Assembly: GCA_964188305.1 (NCBI GenBank)
Contig: OZ076896.1
Reading direction: 5' to 3' (one strand)
DNA from: Podarcis bocagei
Lineage: Eukaryota
Length of the DNA stretch: 54,952 nt
Shown here: positions 10,143 to 24,880 of the stretch, piece by piece
How the letters are laid out: every line of letters begins with the position of its first letter
Position numbering within the stretch: position 1 is the stretch's first letter
The notes under the pieces: model-generated
Databases searched by the model: none
Told to the model about the DNA's origin: nothing
The model's input: the letters and a program-made list of their open reading frames with translations, nothing else
Translations under genes and position numbers: made by a program

Positions 10143-13100
10143 ATATATTTTCATTATCTCTGGTGTGGGGAAATTCTTGGGAGCGGTGGAGCAGCTGTAG
10201 CAAACAGGATCCTAGTTTCGAAGAGAGACTCTTTCTTCAGCCTATGAAGTTAACAAGGTCCCACACAGGGTACAAGTAGAGACAAGTACTGCGTACTGTG
10301 CACTTTCAAGAACTGCTGCAGAGAGTTCTCCGACCTTCTGGAGCAGACTTTGATGGTGTGCAAGAGGCTGCAATGGAGGGGAGAGGAGGAGAAACTCTGT
10401 TGCACAAACAGAAATCTACTGTGCTAGCAGAACAGCAAACACAACCCTGTCATTATTGCTTTGATGCATTTCAATAATTTTGTAAACTACTTGGAATTCA
10501 TTCCTAAAGAAACGTGGCTTAGAAATTTCTTAAATAAATGCAATGGCAAAAAATTTAAAGGACAAATATGTTATTCCATTCACTGGCTATCCAGCAACAG
10601 GAGTTCGGTCCCCTCTTTTAGAATAAGCCATGCCATAATCCTCAGATTGTTCCATCAGTTCATACTCTTTTCTGTTTCAAAGTGGCATTCACTATGAGCA
10701 GTGATTTGTTTATAGAACTGCCAAGTGGATATCATGGACACAAAGGAAGGTCAAGCCTCGGAGAAAGCTGTCATGATCTCCTTGCAAGCTTCTTGTGCCC
10801 TAATGCTTTCTTGTGCCATTCCCATAGGAGGTCAGAGTTATGCAGCTTTGTACGGAGATTTCCAGGTTGGTGCTTGCTCTTTCTTCTGCGGTTTTCCAGT
10901 TTATCAAATGGGGAGCATCAATAGGACTTATCAGTGTTTTCAAAGTGCTCAGAGAATTTCAGTATAAAAGTGGCAACTAGATGAAAAGTACAATAAGTTA
11001 TGACCAGTTTGAAACACAGGGTGTAGAAATGTCATTTGTGTACATCAAAACTGCAGGTGTACTGTGTGGTTTTTTTAAAAAAAATATTTTTGTAATGTCT
11101 ACCAACAGCATCGTCAAAATATACAAGACACAAAGATGAACTGGGAGTGCATTAAAAATATAATTATAAACAAAAGATTAAAGCATCTCATGCAAAAAGA
11201 CTTTCAGGGCACAAAATCAATAAGTAGAAACAATGACCACATATATTTTTATTTTTGAAAAGAGAAAAAGCAGATTCACCCTGCTCCCCCCCCTCCCCAT
11301 TTCTTTTCTGTTTGCTGATAATGCATTGGAGCCGAGACATTATGTTGCAGTTAACAGAACTACAACTTGGGTGGGGAAGGCATTCTTTTTGCAGATGACA
11401 CAGTTGGTGTCATAATTAATAACACTTTTTAAAAAATCACGGTTGCATATCCCATACAATATCCAAACAATTAATAAAGGGACAAGGCAGACTCCATGCT
11501 TTCTTCTTGATAGTCAGCAGCTATCAATCACTACAGTCATCAGTAATATAACAAGCTAACATTTGCAAGCCATATGTCTTTTAAGCATATGCCCTTCCTC
11601 CCGAAAAAACAAGATAAATGGTAATTTGGACTTGCATCTACATGCAAGGTGATTGTTTATAAAATGGTGGTGAAATAGGATCACAAAATGCACTTTTATT
11701 CACTTAAGACTGTCACAGAGGAAGGTTCCTCTCTCACACACACCCCTTGAATTATTCTCATTCAGATCTTGGAGATGATGCTCCAGTGCTCACAAGCATG
11801 AGAAAAGGTTGCTCATGCGTTAGAGTGGCAGTCTAAAATAATTTTGCCTGACAAAATTTCCTCCTGCCCCTAACTCGTAGGCCAAAAGAATTGTTGAAAT
11901 GAAGAAGGAAAAAAATGAGTGTTCTTTGAAAATCTTGCCTAGTTTCTTCTCAGGCTCCTTGATGAATTCCATTATCATGAATGTGACCTTTACAGTTCAT
12001 ATTTCTTTTGAGCCTAACGTTATTCTCCATTCCCTTATAATGAAAGTATTACATGGATAACTATCTAGCATTATCTTCCAGAAGGAGAACTAATTTGGGA
12101 ACAAAATGAAGTACTTTAACATAATACTGGGGTTTTTTTTTAACCTCGTGGATACCTGAGAGTGAGTGCTGTGCAATTTCACGGACATGGTAAATACAGT
12201 GAACAACCTATTTATTGTAAAATGTAATTTCCATTTCAGAATTGAGGGGCAGTCATATCAATATATTCTCTGTGATTCAAATACTTTGGATGAACTTGAT
12301 CAAATCATTCCCACCTACTCCCAGACTCGGGGGGGGGGGGAGGAGGGTGGATGAAATTTTTAACTATATGTTACTTACATGCTACTGTAACACTGACACA
12401 GAGAGCTTGCCCAGCCTTAGTCACCTTTGCAGACCATCAAAGTAGTCAGTAATTATGATAATTAGCATATTAGTTTCAGTTTTCTTTGAAGCGACACAAT
12501 GAGGTTTATACTATAAAGAAATGGAGGAGAAGATGAAAAGAACATCTGTGTGTCTGTTTTGTGCAGACGTGATAAAGTTTAGCCACATTGCTGAGAATCT
12601 GGGCAGTTACAACGAGGGAGTTCCCAGTCTCTCAGGTTAAATGTAACACCACAAACACAATTTCCAATAATTTTTAGGGTGGGAATGTGATGATTACTAC
12701 TTGACTTGATCTGGCATATAAGAAACACTTGACTGTTACCCAGCATATATAATTACAGTATGCCTAGTTACATGCTATGAATCTGTTTAATACTTCAAAT
12801 GAAACTGATCCTGCTATGCTGATTAAACAAATTTTCTGTCTTCTTCTGACGAGGTCCCATTTTTATATTATTATTAGAAACTAAATATAACTTCCAGGTT
12901 TTTTATTTAGCTGCTGACAATCCTTTTCTCTCTCCTTTTGTTGCTTGTGGGTTTCCCAAGTGAACACAAGATAAATCAACTGTTTGGTGGTACTATTCCT
13001 CCCCACTTTCTTTTTCTTAAAAATGCTATTTGAAGCTTCTCACAAGTTTGGAATGTTAAAACAAGTCCCTGGAGTGATGAATTAGTTGGTAGAAAGCAGA

Positions 13101-14141
13101 GGGTCAAAGGTTTTAGCCCTCAAATCTATCACATATTGGTGTTGCTTGCTATAGGAATATTAGCATCAATTTTGCATGTTGCATTTGCTTTCAGATGAAA
13201 TAGTCTATTGGAGAAGAGTCAGTGTTTTCTGACAATTCAGAGGGGATATATAAAAAAAGGGGAAGGGGGCAAATTACAGAGACATGCCTTCAAATTATAA
13301 AGTTTCTTTGCGTCTGTACTTTCAAACAGTGTGTGTGTGATTTTTTTTCCTTTTCTTTCTCAGCTGAAAGATGTCTGAGCAAAGGAAGGTTGTGTTTATA
13401 AAATCTAATTCATTCTCAAAAGCCAGTGTAATGTACTTGATAGTGTTGAAGCTGGACCTGGGCTGGGAGAAGGAATCCTTGTGTTCCCTTGCAACTCTCA
13501 GCAGCCATCTATCTCTGCCTAAGCTACCACACTGGGCTGTTTTGAGATGGGAACAGCCATCTAGGCCACCCTGAAATCCTAGGAGGAAGGATGGATTTGA
13601 AATGCTGTCATTAGAATAGAGGTGATTTCTTTTTTCCCTCTGCTGAAAAACTGAACTGAAGTCATTCTTTTTTTGTATTTTAGTGAATGGAGACAAGGCC
13701 AAAATAAAACTGGCAACATGGGAGACGTTAGAAATGGCAAGGAGGAAAGGGCAGGCAAACTGAGAAGTGTTGGTGCAACTGAAACCTTGCATGGAGAGAG
13801 CAAGAAGTATCCATATTCCCAGTGTTTTCACAGTGGCACAGCTGACCTTTACCCTGAAGTGAACCCTGCATGGTTAATCATTTCTGAAAGAAGTCATCTT
13901 CTGAAAAAGCTGTCAAGAGTATTTACCTTATTTTTATTCCTTCTCCATCTGGCCTCCCTTCTCAATATCCATCTTTTACTTTTCAGGGAAAATATTTTTT
14001 TGAACTTATTATATATTTCAATGTTATTGTGCCTTCAATAAGTGTGCCTCGATTTGATAGGTACTAGGCTTTGAAAGTACATTTTTAAGTGTAGATAAAA
14101 CTCTCTGTTTATATGGTCCAAGGACCATAGTTCTCTGCCTG

Positions 14142-14518
14142 TAAGGTAAAGGTAAAGGACCGCTGGATGGTTAAGTCCAGTCAAAGGTGAATATAGGGTT
14201 GTGGCGCTTGTTTTGCTTTAGGCCAAGGGAGCAGGTGTTTGTCCACAGACAGCTTTCTGAGTCATGTGGCCAGCATGACTAAACCGCTTCTGGTGCAACG
14301 GAACACCGTGACCAGAACCAGAGTGCACGGAAACACAATTTACCTTCCCGCCACAGCAGTGCCTATTTATCTACTTGCACTTTGATGTGCTTTCAAACTG
14401 CTAGGTTGGCAGGAGCTGGGACAGAGCAATGGGAGCTCACCCCATTGCGGGGATTTGACCTTCCGATCGGCAAGCCCAAGAGGCTCGGTGGTTTAGACCA
14501 CAGCGCCACCTGCGTCCC
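14142..14518 (-). mobile_element. Full-length Sauria SINE
   Basis: (AAAGGT)n tail, core and head; 14-bp TSD TAGTTCTCTGCYTG (14128-14141, 14519-14532). Confidence 0.95.
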
Positions 14519-17341
14519 TAGTTCTCTGCTTGACATTCTTCTTCTTCTTTAAAGAAAGCTAGAGTAATGGCTAATATAGATGGCAAAATATCCAGAAGCT
14601 TCTGACTTTAAACATGGTAGCGTGCCCTTTGAACTGGGAAATGACGCAGTAGAAAATTCAGGGGATATGGATCTGTTATATTCAGAAGTATGTCCTGGCT
14701 GTGATTTTGTGCAAGCAGGAAGAAACAGGCACTGATCCAGGTCCACAGTCCAAAGGTCAGGTGAGCCAGATACTAGAAATGTGCTTCAGATTTTGACATA
14801 TTTTGGACTTATTGGAATATTTTGGACTTATCTGAGATGAAGCAGGGACACATGAAGTGCTTCCCAACATTCAAAATATGCTGCTGGCAAGCACCTACTG
14901 AAAGCAAAACTATGTCTCTGAGCTTTCCATAAAAGGTTCAGGAGAAGCTAACTCTAGGAGTCTAGTTGGAGGGTCTTAGCTCCAGGTTGCCATTCTCAGA
15001 CTTGAGATCAGGGATTGGATTCCCTTCCTCCACTGGGTGTGTGGGCGAGACCAACTTGATGGCCTCCTCCTGACCATTTCTGAATCTTGACTAATGCTTA
15101 GCTTTGAGGCCACGTTACACTAAACTGAGGCAATAAATTTTGGTACTACTGTCACTGGAACCATTACACAAGACCAGAAGACCTTAGACCAGAAGACAAA
15201 CCCAAAATCTGGGCTTGATATTGCCAATGCTGATAGTTGCAACAGAAGTGTACAGAAATATTTTGCAGGGCTCCACAACTGGAACACACTAGTGTCTTTT
15301 AATTTGACGGATGTGAGAAAGTCTCCGTTTTTTAGGCCTCAGTAGAGAAGACTGCCTGTGTCCTGTGGGGTTTTAGATGGATGGATCCATTGACTTGCTT
15401 GATCAACCCTCTGTAATTAGTGTGAAGTTCCCCAAGAGCATATATTGAGCTCCTTTCACAATGGGCACGAATTTAGTAGCTTGGCCCTAAAGCAACTACA
15501 GGAAAGAATCGTCCATTAATCCTATTTCATCTGGATCCAGTGATCTGGGAGACAGAGAACATTGCCTGTGATAAATCTGAACCCCAGGCAAGAACCTGTT
15601 TTGAAGGTGAGAAGAGGAAATGACATTGCAGATTTGAGCATGCGACTAGTGGAGGCTCTTAAAGAGGAGAAATGGAGAAGAGATGGAAGGAGAGATAGAT
15701 GTATCAGGATGAGGAGGGATGTGAGATGATCAGACTAAAGGTCTGAGAAGACCCTGAGACAAGATTAATAGCCTGTCAGTCTGATCAGCTATATTCTTTA
15801 TTAAGCCTTTCTTCGGGGGTCTAAAGCTGGCAAAATTCCAAGCTCTCTTGAAGCCTGTAATTTTATGTCAAATTGTGTGCATCTTGTGATCATTTCAATA
15901 TTCTGGGATCTCTCCTGGGTGTTCCTGTCAATTGTTTCAGATGTGAGGAAGCTATTATTTCCTTACTCATTTCACTGCTATATTGCTACTAGTTGTGCCA
16001 AATGACTCCAGTGTTCAAAGCGATGAGGTTAGGATACTGCATCCTTTCACCTATTTCATAGAAAAAATTGTTTAGCTAAATAGTTCTGCACCCTATTAAT
16101 GAAGACTTGCTAGTTATTCCCTAATAAAATAGAGTATTAACATCTTTTGATTTTCTTGAAGGCTTTTGTAGACACCCTGCCCCATCTCTTTTGCTATCAA
16201 ACTCCTAGATTTTTCATATCCTTTGAAATTTATACCTTTTTCTTAATAATGACGACAAGATCTTTTAAATTTGTACACACCTTGTGTGTCTCAAATCTTT
16301 TCAGAATTCTTTCTCAGCCTGCAAGTTTGAGATTCTTGGACACTTGGAGTAATGGCAAGTGGGGGAACACTTTGATTTAGTCAGACAGCTATTTGATGGG
16401 GTCTGAAGGAGACCATGCAAACTTAATACAAATAGAAAAATGGCAGAGTAATCAGAATTGTGATTGCCATCATTCACTCCAGAAATCTCTGAAATTCTGA
16501 CAGTGGCAAACGTTCTTATTCCAGGTCACTGCAGTCCTTAACAAGAACCTAAAAGGCGTGTCTCCTTTCTTCCCTCCTTTCCAAATATTCTTATTTACTA
16601 CTCTTCCAGATATTGCCTTGGGTACTGGAACAGAAAATTCAAGCTACGCCCAGTGTGTGCCGATGGAGATGTTTTTACAACAGGCTGGCAATCTGCATCT
16701 TTGCTGTCACTGGGTAAGCTTTTAATAAAGACTCATGGGGAGTACACTGGATTCTTTAAACTTTATTTTTGGGGCCTCTCCAGATGTAATAGTTGCATGA
16801 CTTTGTCACTGGGTGTTATCCATGCCTAGTGGTGTCTCCTGAACCACCCACTGATTAGACTGAAAAAGGAGAGGAGAGTCTAATGCGAGGAAGCAACAGT
16901 TTCCCCTTCTTCAGTTTTTCTTTGTCACTAGCATTGATCAGTATTGTTGAATGATGGCATGCTGATAACATTCTTGCTATTGCTGTGACCTATAAGTGGG
17001 GTGAGGGTGAATGCTGATCTGAGGAAGGGCTATGGGTGAGTCCATGTTCTCCACAGCAGCACCTTCTTACAGATGCCCTTTTCACACTGAGAATGACCGG
17101 ATTAATCAGTTCCATCACAGAAACAAATTCAGAGCCATTTCTGTCCTTATGTTCCTGCCCTTTCCCAAATAACACCATAAATTGTGGGACATTTCGACTG
17201 CATTTTCCGCTGATAGTGCACCCATATTTGTCCATGAACAGAGGCAGCAAATGAAGCTTTAACAGGATTGAGGTATAGTTGTGGAGAAAGCTTTACTTCT
17301 TGATTTTCTGCTGTCACAACAGTGAAGGGCCTCTATCCATT

Positions 17342-17342
<1 letters not shown>

Positions 17343-17396
<54 letters not shown>
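17343..17396. repeat. (GAAA)n microsatellite
   Basis: Direct tandem repeat. Confidence 0.95.
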
Positions 17397-18871
17397 GAAA
17401 GTGTATCACACGCTAGCTACAAGCTGCTAAATGACCTTGCTTAATCACACTTATTGGCCAATTTTATTATAGGATACTAATTAATACAAAAGATCCCAAG
17501 AAGGTTCTTGCAGACTATCATGTGGGGGGACCCCCTGAGTTTTGGGGAGTAGCGTCTGAGAAGAAAATGATTAAATCTCCTTCCCTTGCACTATGTCCTG
17601 ATCTGGATCATCCTTCCATTCTTTCTTTTGAATAAACCACCCCCACCCCAAATTACTGCTGTTTTGTATGTTTATTGGGGAGACAGACATGGGTGGGGCA
17701 GTGCCTGGTTCACGCAAAACATTTTACCATGCAATGGAAGCCTTTTCCTCAATGTTGGAATTAATAGACTTTAGGAGCTTAAAAAATGCTGCTCCTTTTA
17801 ATTTAGTACATCTGTGCATGCTTCAGTCTTGGTGGATATCTGATTTCTCGCGGCTATCCCACTTAACTACAAGGAAAGCTCTTTAAAAAGGATGGTGAAT
17901 TAATATTTCTGTCTCTTCAGGGGGTCTGATTCACCAGGCATTTTCGGCCCTTCAGCTCAGTCCTCAGAGCCCTTCAACCACTGCAAAAGATGCCATTGGA
18001 AGAAACGGTTCTTGAGTCCTTTAAATACCGAGCTTAAAAATGCTGTCTGCAACATATTTAAGTGGTGTGTTTGGACTTCAGCTGCTTTGAACACTGTGCC
18101 ACATGGCACCCATACAAGCACACATGGCCCAGCTGTTAAAATGGAAAACTAATGTATAAAATCGCTGCCAAAAATCATCTTGCCTTCTTAGTCCGAAACC
18201 GCCACCACCCCTGTAAAAGCAAAGGATGCTGAACAGGAAACAAAAAACAAAACAAAACAACACCACCCAATACACTTCATGTTGATTCCCACAGCATTCA
18301 TTTACTCTTGGAACTGTTCCACATGCAGCCGTCATTTTACCTGTTTAAAGCATTTATATAAGTTGCCTGTATCAAATGCGCAAAGTGTAAACAGCCTTTA
18401 AATACCCATGTACTGATATTGAGAGACATGACTTTCAGATGTATGGAGGTATCTGATTAAGTCGTACTCAGAGTAGGCTGATTGAAATCAATAGGATGTT
18501 AGTCATAATCAATGGGAGGAATGCAATGTAGTGCTAAGCAGATCATTCCATCAGTGCGAGTATTTCTGATTTCCCGACAGAACAGTTTCCTTTCTCCCCC
18601 CCCCCATGCTGTTGTGGGGGTTCTCCAGATCCTCCAGAGTGAATCTGAGGGTGGCTTTCTAGACTAAAATCCAGAACGCTGAACTGGAAATGTATAGAAA
18701 GCCAGTGCAGTTGTGCTAGGATTCAGCAATGAGAAACGTTAGTCACTACCTAGCTACTTCAGTATGAACAAAGGGGAACTAACTTACAGCACAATTGAAA
18801 CCCGAAAGCAAGTCTGTAATAGGCAAATGTCTGGCAGAAGTCGCCCATTCCAGCTGAGCCACAGATGCACT

Positions 18872-19049
18872 CATAGCTGTCAACTTTCAGATTTGAAAAT
18901 AAGGGAGCAGCAGCCTTGAAAATAAGGGATCAGCAGCCTCACCTGTCCCAGGGACAGTCTATGGGATACCTAACAATCCGGGATAGCAGTGGGAAACGGC
19001 ACCAAAATAAGGGATTTTCCCACCAAAAAAGGGAAGGTTGATAGCTATG
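18872..19049. mobile_element. hAT-type MITE
   Basis: TIRs CATAGCTGTCAAC / GTTGATAGCTATG; 8-bp TSD GATGCACT / GGTGCACT; internal AAAATAAGGGA repeats. Confidence 0.85.
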
Positions 19050-19379
19050 GGTGCACTGGGGCAAGTTCCCCATTCCAGATCAGCTGGGGTAAGCTTGCTG
19101 AGTCAAGATCAGGGTAGGCCTCAAAAAGGGGGCATTCCATGGGTGTGGCAGAGGTGGACCAGGTAAGTGCAGACTTACACCTATTCTAAACCCCTTTCAG
19201 CTTTGCCCTGTGACCCAGCAACCTAGCAAAATTTACACTAGCAGAGTGGTGCGAGTCAAACTCTATTTTGAAGGCTTGCTTTTCCTCTGCCAGGGCCAGC
19301 TCAGTCGCCAGTAGCCCCACTCCTGAACCAAGTTCGGAATAGGACTAACTTGCTTAAGTAATTTAACTGAAGCTGGTGG

Positions 19380-19925
19380 AAATTATCTGGATGGGCAACC
19401 TTTGTGTCATGGCGTGGCTGTGGAGTGTCTGGGAAGGCCGCCATCTTCTGGTGTGGCAGGGGGTGGGGGTGGTCACCTGGCGCCACATGCCTCTGGCCAC
19501 ATCAGATGTCTAGGTGTAGGTGCCTTGGGGGCTTCTCTCAGCCTGCTCTTGGCCTATTTAAGGGGGCAGCCAGGTGTGGGCCACCCTCTTGAATGACCAT
19601 CAAAGGATTTTCCACCCACTTACCTAGTCCGTTAGGAGCTCCCCCAGTAGGAGGGTGGGCGAGTTGTGTATGAACCTTCTTATGGTTTACTCAGTTGTGG
19701 TATTCAGGACCGGGGTGGAATTGTCTCCTGCAAGCAAATTGGCCAGATTGTAGGTTTTTGCCTACCGCATAGCTTCTGTCACAACTTTGGTGGATAAGGC
19801 ATTGGGTTGGATCCTTAGTTACAGAGGCACCCCATTCAATTGGTCCAGGAGTCCACTGTGCCTTAGCCAAACCTACTCATTCCTGTAATCAATAAAGTTG
19901 TGGCCTAATTCAGCCCAACACCAGT
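19380..19925 (+). mobile_element. Non-autonomous LTR-like repeat (possibly DIRS/Ngaro-derived), copy 1
   Basis: Shares GGTTTTTGCCTACCG.(A/G)TAGC...GTCACAACTTTG and TGTAATCAATAAAGTTGTGGCC with 24170-24880 (-); superfamily assignment is from recall. Confidence 0.5.
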
Positions 19926-21842
19926 CTCCAATGTACATTCGTTAGGCCCTCCCTGCACTGGCTGTGGCCTTCATACAGCTGTGATGGCAAACATGGTTGC
20001 CATGCAAATTGTGGAGCTACTCTTGAATGTGGTTGATGAACAGAGAAATACATTCCTTTCTATGGTTGCTGAACCGAGAAATATATTCTTTCTGAAAAGG
20101 CAAGGCGAAGCAATTGGGAGAGTATATCACAGAAGCTATTCTTAACATTGATGCGGAAATCAGGGAACTTGGCACGACCAGAGAGCGATGTGCCCTAAAC
20201 AGTCTCTTTATGGTTTGGTTGTGATAAAGGGTATATTTAGTTAGATTGTTAGTTGCTAAGTCCACTGTGTGTGAGGTTCATGACTAAGGGATAAATTGTA
20301 ATGGTACAGAACTGGCATTGGCATGAAGTGGATTGAGGGAAAAAGAACAGAGAAACTGTAGATGTTTTTAGACTTTCCAGGACTGGCTAATGATAGTTTA
20401 GGAATTAAAGAAGCTTTGGGTTGTGTATGAAGTATGTTGGCCAATTATTAGAATATGTAACTGCAGCTCTTTTACACAAGTGAATCACTTTCCTGCCTGT
20501 TTACAGATAGGTGGTGGTAGAATCTGTGGTATATATTTTATAGGTTTTAAAAATATACTCCCAATACTTCCTGATTTGAAGGCTTCAACATTTTACTCTT
20601 TTATGCAAAGGTGAGTTTTCAATCATTTATGAAATATGCTCTTGTCCTTGAGTTGTTTCCTAGGGTACATAATTTCATCTTAATTAATTGCACCTAGGCA
20701 GAAAATATTTTTCATTCCCCCCCCCCTTTTAAAGGCTGCTCAGTTTGACAGAAGAATAATTTTCTCATTGTAAAATTAAGAAAAATGCTAAATTGATAAG
20801 GGCAAATGAAATTAGTTTGGGGAACTGCACTGTACACAGAAAACTGTTGTAGAAATAATTAGCACAAATCTGTTTTTCATGGTACAGAAATTATTTCAAG
20901 TTGTACGATGCTCATATTTCAGCTGCAGGTGAACTCTGTCTATAAATGAAGCAACATTTCTCTTTCTTTATGTGAAAAATATATACATTGACTGCAAACA
21001 TTTGGGGTTTTCTCCTGTCAGCCAGCAAGAATGGAAGAATGACAGTTTGGCTTGTGACAGCTACAATATAGGCAAAGCACGATTGCAGATGAAATACATC
21101 TATTTTCCTGCCTCTTGCATGTATATGTTTGTGGTATGGAATTGGCAAAAGAGACCAGCCTGGTATGGAGATTCCTCATTTGCTACAGAGCTGACCATGC
21201 AAAATGTGTGGCTAAGTCAGCAGGATAAGGAAAACTAGTGCATGGTGTTCACTGATGTGCCAAAACCACCCCTTTCACTTTGTTGGACTATGTACTTCTT
21301 TTGCTGATGTGCATTACAACCGTCACCATTATTTCAGCTTTGTGACTCTACTGGTCTTTGTGTCTATTTAGGTGATATGTGAGGAGCTGATTGCAGTCTT
21401 GATGTGACCAGTTTATGCAGACAGGTCTCAGGCCACTACAGTTTTTCAGTGTATGCAAGCAGCAATAATAAAGGAATGGATTTCTGGGTAAAATTCCATA
21501 TTTTTTAATCAGGCTTAGCTAGAGGAACTAGTTTTTCATGGCAAGGATGTTTTGTGCTGAATCCCAGCATGCCAGTTTTTGAATGTCAGGACTGAGATAA
21601 TCAGCATGTCATGCCATTCTTCTCTGAACTATGAGACAGTAAATAGTCAGGTATTGATCACTGAAGCATCAGCATTATAGAAGCTCAACCTGAGCAGCGC
21701 ATGAGAAGCAGCATATAAATGATGAGCAAAACAGCAAGTCAACTACTGCACATTCTCTATCCCCAACCTCATGCTGCATGATTTTAGCATATTGTAGAAC
21801 TAAGAATATTGTAGCAGGCAAGTGACACATGGAACTCTTTGG

Positions 21843-21844
<2 letters not shown>

Positions 21845-21893
<49 letters not shown>

Positions 21894-22137
21894 TATTTAT
21901 TATTTATACCCCACCCATCTGGCTGGGCTTCCCCAGCCACCCTGGGCAAACAGGGCTGCCTTCAGATGTCTTCTAAAAGTTTAGTAGTTGTTGTTCTCTT
22001 TGACATTTGGTGGGAGGGCGTTCCACAGGACAGGCGCCACTACCGAGAAGGCCTTCTGCCTGGTTCCCTGTAACTTGGCTTCTCACAGTGAGGGAACCGC
22101 CAGAAGGCCCTCGGTGCTGGACCTCAGTGTCCGGGTA
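21845..22137 (-). mobile_element. L2 LINE 3' fragment with (AAT)n tail
   Basis: Same family as 5555-5886; RTLRSSTEGLLAVP and KAFSVVAP motifs on the - strand. Confidence 0.85.
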
Positions 22138-22186
22138 GAACACTGCAGTATCACAAGCAGTAAAGGGCAATCATGTAACCAAGTTG

Positions 22187-22217
<31 letters not shown>

Positions 22218-22797
22218 CCCATAATAACCATAAGAACCTTTGGCAGTGCAGTAGTAACACAACAAAGCTGCAGCATGCTTGTCTATGAAAAGTCTGGGGG
22301 GAAATACATGTCTTTACCTGGTGTCAAAAAGATGTCAATGAAGGCACCAGGTGGATTAGATAAGACAATGGAGAGTAGGAATATTAATATCTATTGGATT
22401 TATCTGGTTAAGTCATTGTGAAATGTATAGTGCTTAGAGGCTGGGAACATGCACAAAGCTTAAAACACAGTGTTTTTCAATCCGTTGTACTTTACAGTCC
22501 AGCAGGTGTTACCACCAGTTGGAAAGCACTATTGCAACTAAGTGGGAGAGAAAGGACAGTCTACAAAAGACGTTTTGCTGCTTGAGGCAAGGAACAAGAT
22601 GACAGCCTTCCATTCAATGCATAGAAGCTGATTCAACCAGCAGCTGAATCTTACTTGAACACTGGCAACAGACCTGCTGCTGGGCTTCCCATAGGCATCA
22701 GTTAGGCCCTGTGAGAGCAAGATGCTGGACTAGATGGGCCGTTGACCTGGTTCAGCATGACTTTTTTAAAGATTCTTTTGTTCTTTTAGCATCTTAT

Positions 22798-23045
22798 AGC
22801 CAGCATAGTGTAGTGGTTAAGAGCTGTGGACTTGTAATCTGGGGAACTGGGTTCGTGTCTCCGCTCCTCCACATGCAGCTGCTGGGTGACCTTGGGCTAG
22901 TGACACTTCTCTGAAGTCTCTCAGCCTTACGCACCTCACAGAGTGTTTGTTGTTGGGGAGGAAAGGAAAGGAGATTGTTAGCCACTTTGAGACTCCTTAG
23001 GGTAGTGATAAAGCGGGATATCAAATCCAAACTCTTCTTCTTCAT
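22798..23045 (+). mobile_element. Full-length Squam3-like SINE with (CTT)n tail
   Basis: A box TAGTGTAGTGG, B box GGTTCGTGTC, GGGTGACCTTGGGC core, CACCTCACAGAGTG, (CTT)n tail. Confidence 0.85.
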
Positions 23046-24169
23046 CTTCTCCCATAGCCGAGGACAGTAGGCTAGCTTAGGGGCACATGGCAACCATGTC
23101 TCCATCCTCCAACCACCACCACGCATTCTGCTTGGACAACACTAATGCCCCCAATCATCTGTCTGTGGTGGCCTCCTGACTCTGAGGGTCACCCTCCTGA
23201 CAGAGAGGGTGCAGGAAAAAGAGTGGGGTACATATGGTCTATGTTTAAACTTTTGTCCCATTTTGCAGGTTGTGCTAGAAGTTCGTCCTGGGTCTGGGAA
23301 AAGGTTGAAAACTGTGGTACTAAATTATTTCTTTCTGATCTGTTAAATACGTTGTTTATGAAGGATGCTGCTTCCTTTAACTTAAGGGCCATTTGAATTC
23401 CTTCCAACTTGAAAATTGTACGATTTCATTATTAGCTCTCATGTTAGCACAAAGATTATAGGGCAACATGCTTATAGTGGAAGAGAACTGGGCATGCAGC
23501 TTGGAAGAAAAGAATAATAATAAAAAAGATTGAATATAAGTATGAATCACTCAAAGAAAATTCCAGCCTGCCTCTCCATGGTCTATTCTGTACTCTTTGG
23601 GGGTTTATTAAATTTGAAACATTAAAAGGAAAACATCCTCTTAAAAACGAAACAGAAGAATGGAACATTTTGAGGTTAGGAAGACCCCTCCTGTTCAAGG
23701 GATGCTTCCCATTTACTTTGGTTTTCCTTTTTCTCTTGATCCACAGGCGCACATTCTATTTCTTAATGCTTCCAGGACTCATGCCATTATTGTTCCGAAT
23801 ATGTGTATGTGAAAGGATTCATATGCAACAGAGACATGTGCTTTATAATCAAGTCAGGAAGCCTTAGTGTTTTGCATACATCCAAAAAAGATGCGTGCCC
23901 ACTTTTTTGGTGTCAGCCCGCCTGGTGCAAAAGTAATACTTTTGTATTTTTGGTGTTTGTGATAGTTGCTCGTAGGCCCAAATAGGTTGGGGAGCCTTTG
24001 TGTAACATGGTCTGAGGCTTGTGGCTACTTGGGAAAGAGACAAGTGGAGATTAACCAGACAGTGGTTAATCTGCAAAGTCCCCCTCTCCAAAAGGAGAGT
24101 GTCTGGTTTAAACGTGCTTTTAAAAACAGACAGGACTAACCTAAGGTACAATTTGACCCACAGAAAGAG

Positions 24170-24880
24170 TTGTGTGTGAAGACCCCCAAACCCCCTCCAA
24201 AATAAATCACACAGGAAACAGAATATTTGTTTAAGATTTTTGGCATTAATTTGGCCACAACTTTATTGATTACAGCATGTGAGTGGTTGCTTAGGCATTG
24301 GTTCAGACTACTGAACCTACACCGGCAGGAACAGGACTGACAACTAACTGGTACCTCCAGAGGTCAGTAAGAGAAAACATACTGGGGGCGCACAGAGGTA
24401 GATTTCCACCTCTTAGTTCACCCCAGATGCTCCCAGGAACTCTGGCATGGCCCTACCCATGAGAGGGGATCGGACAGAGCAAATTGAGCCCCTGGATTCC
24501 TTTAACGGAATTCCCTAGCAGCAGCAATAAAAATGAGGGGCAGGCACAGACAATCCATAATCCCCTCCACCAAAGAATGAACTAATGCCTAACCGCCAAC
24601 CTTACAAAGTTGTGACGATTTGCTACACGGTAGGCAAAAACCAAATGGCACCAGCCAATCAGCCAAGTGGCAAAATTCCTACCGGGCCCCTGCTCCAAAA
24701 ACAGATGACCCCTAGACAGGCATAGCAAGGTCAAAAACACAACCTAAAATTATAGGGAGGGAGGGCAGGAGATCCGCTGCACGATGTGAAAGAGGAAGTA
24801 CTTCGATTTTCCCCAGTAACAAAGGGGCAACCAATGAGGCAAGGAGGTCATCCAAATGGGCCCACCCCAGCAACAAGAAG
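24170..24880 (-). mobile_element. Non-autonomous LTR-like repeat (possibly DIRS/Ngaro-derived), copy 2
   Basis: Reverse complement of AATAAAGTTGTGGCC at ~24253-24267 and of the GCCTACCG block at ~24625-24645. Confidence 0.55.

Noticed and set aside
13322-14041. Overlapping 120-170 aa ORFs with a signal-peptide-like start
   Set aside because: Span a degraded SINE-like segment and simple sequence; no exon structure or domain
15565-15960. Possible degraded LTR (TG start, GA-rich tract)
   Set aside because: No matching CA terminus or TSD could be established
20095-20225. Protein-like frame QLGEYITEAILNIDAEIRELG
   Set aside because: No convincing splice sites or recognisable homology
22798-22875. 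tRNA-like A/B boxes (also in other SINE heads)
   Set aside because: SINE heads, not tRNA genes; no complete cloverleaf, and they continue into SINE bodies
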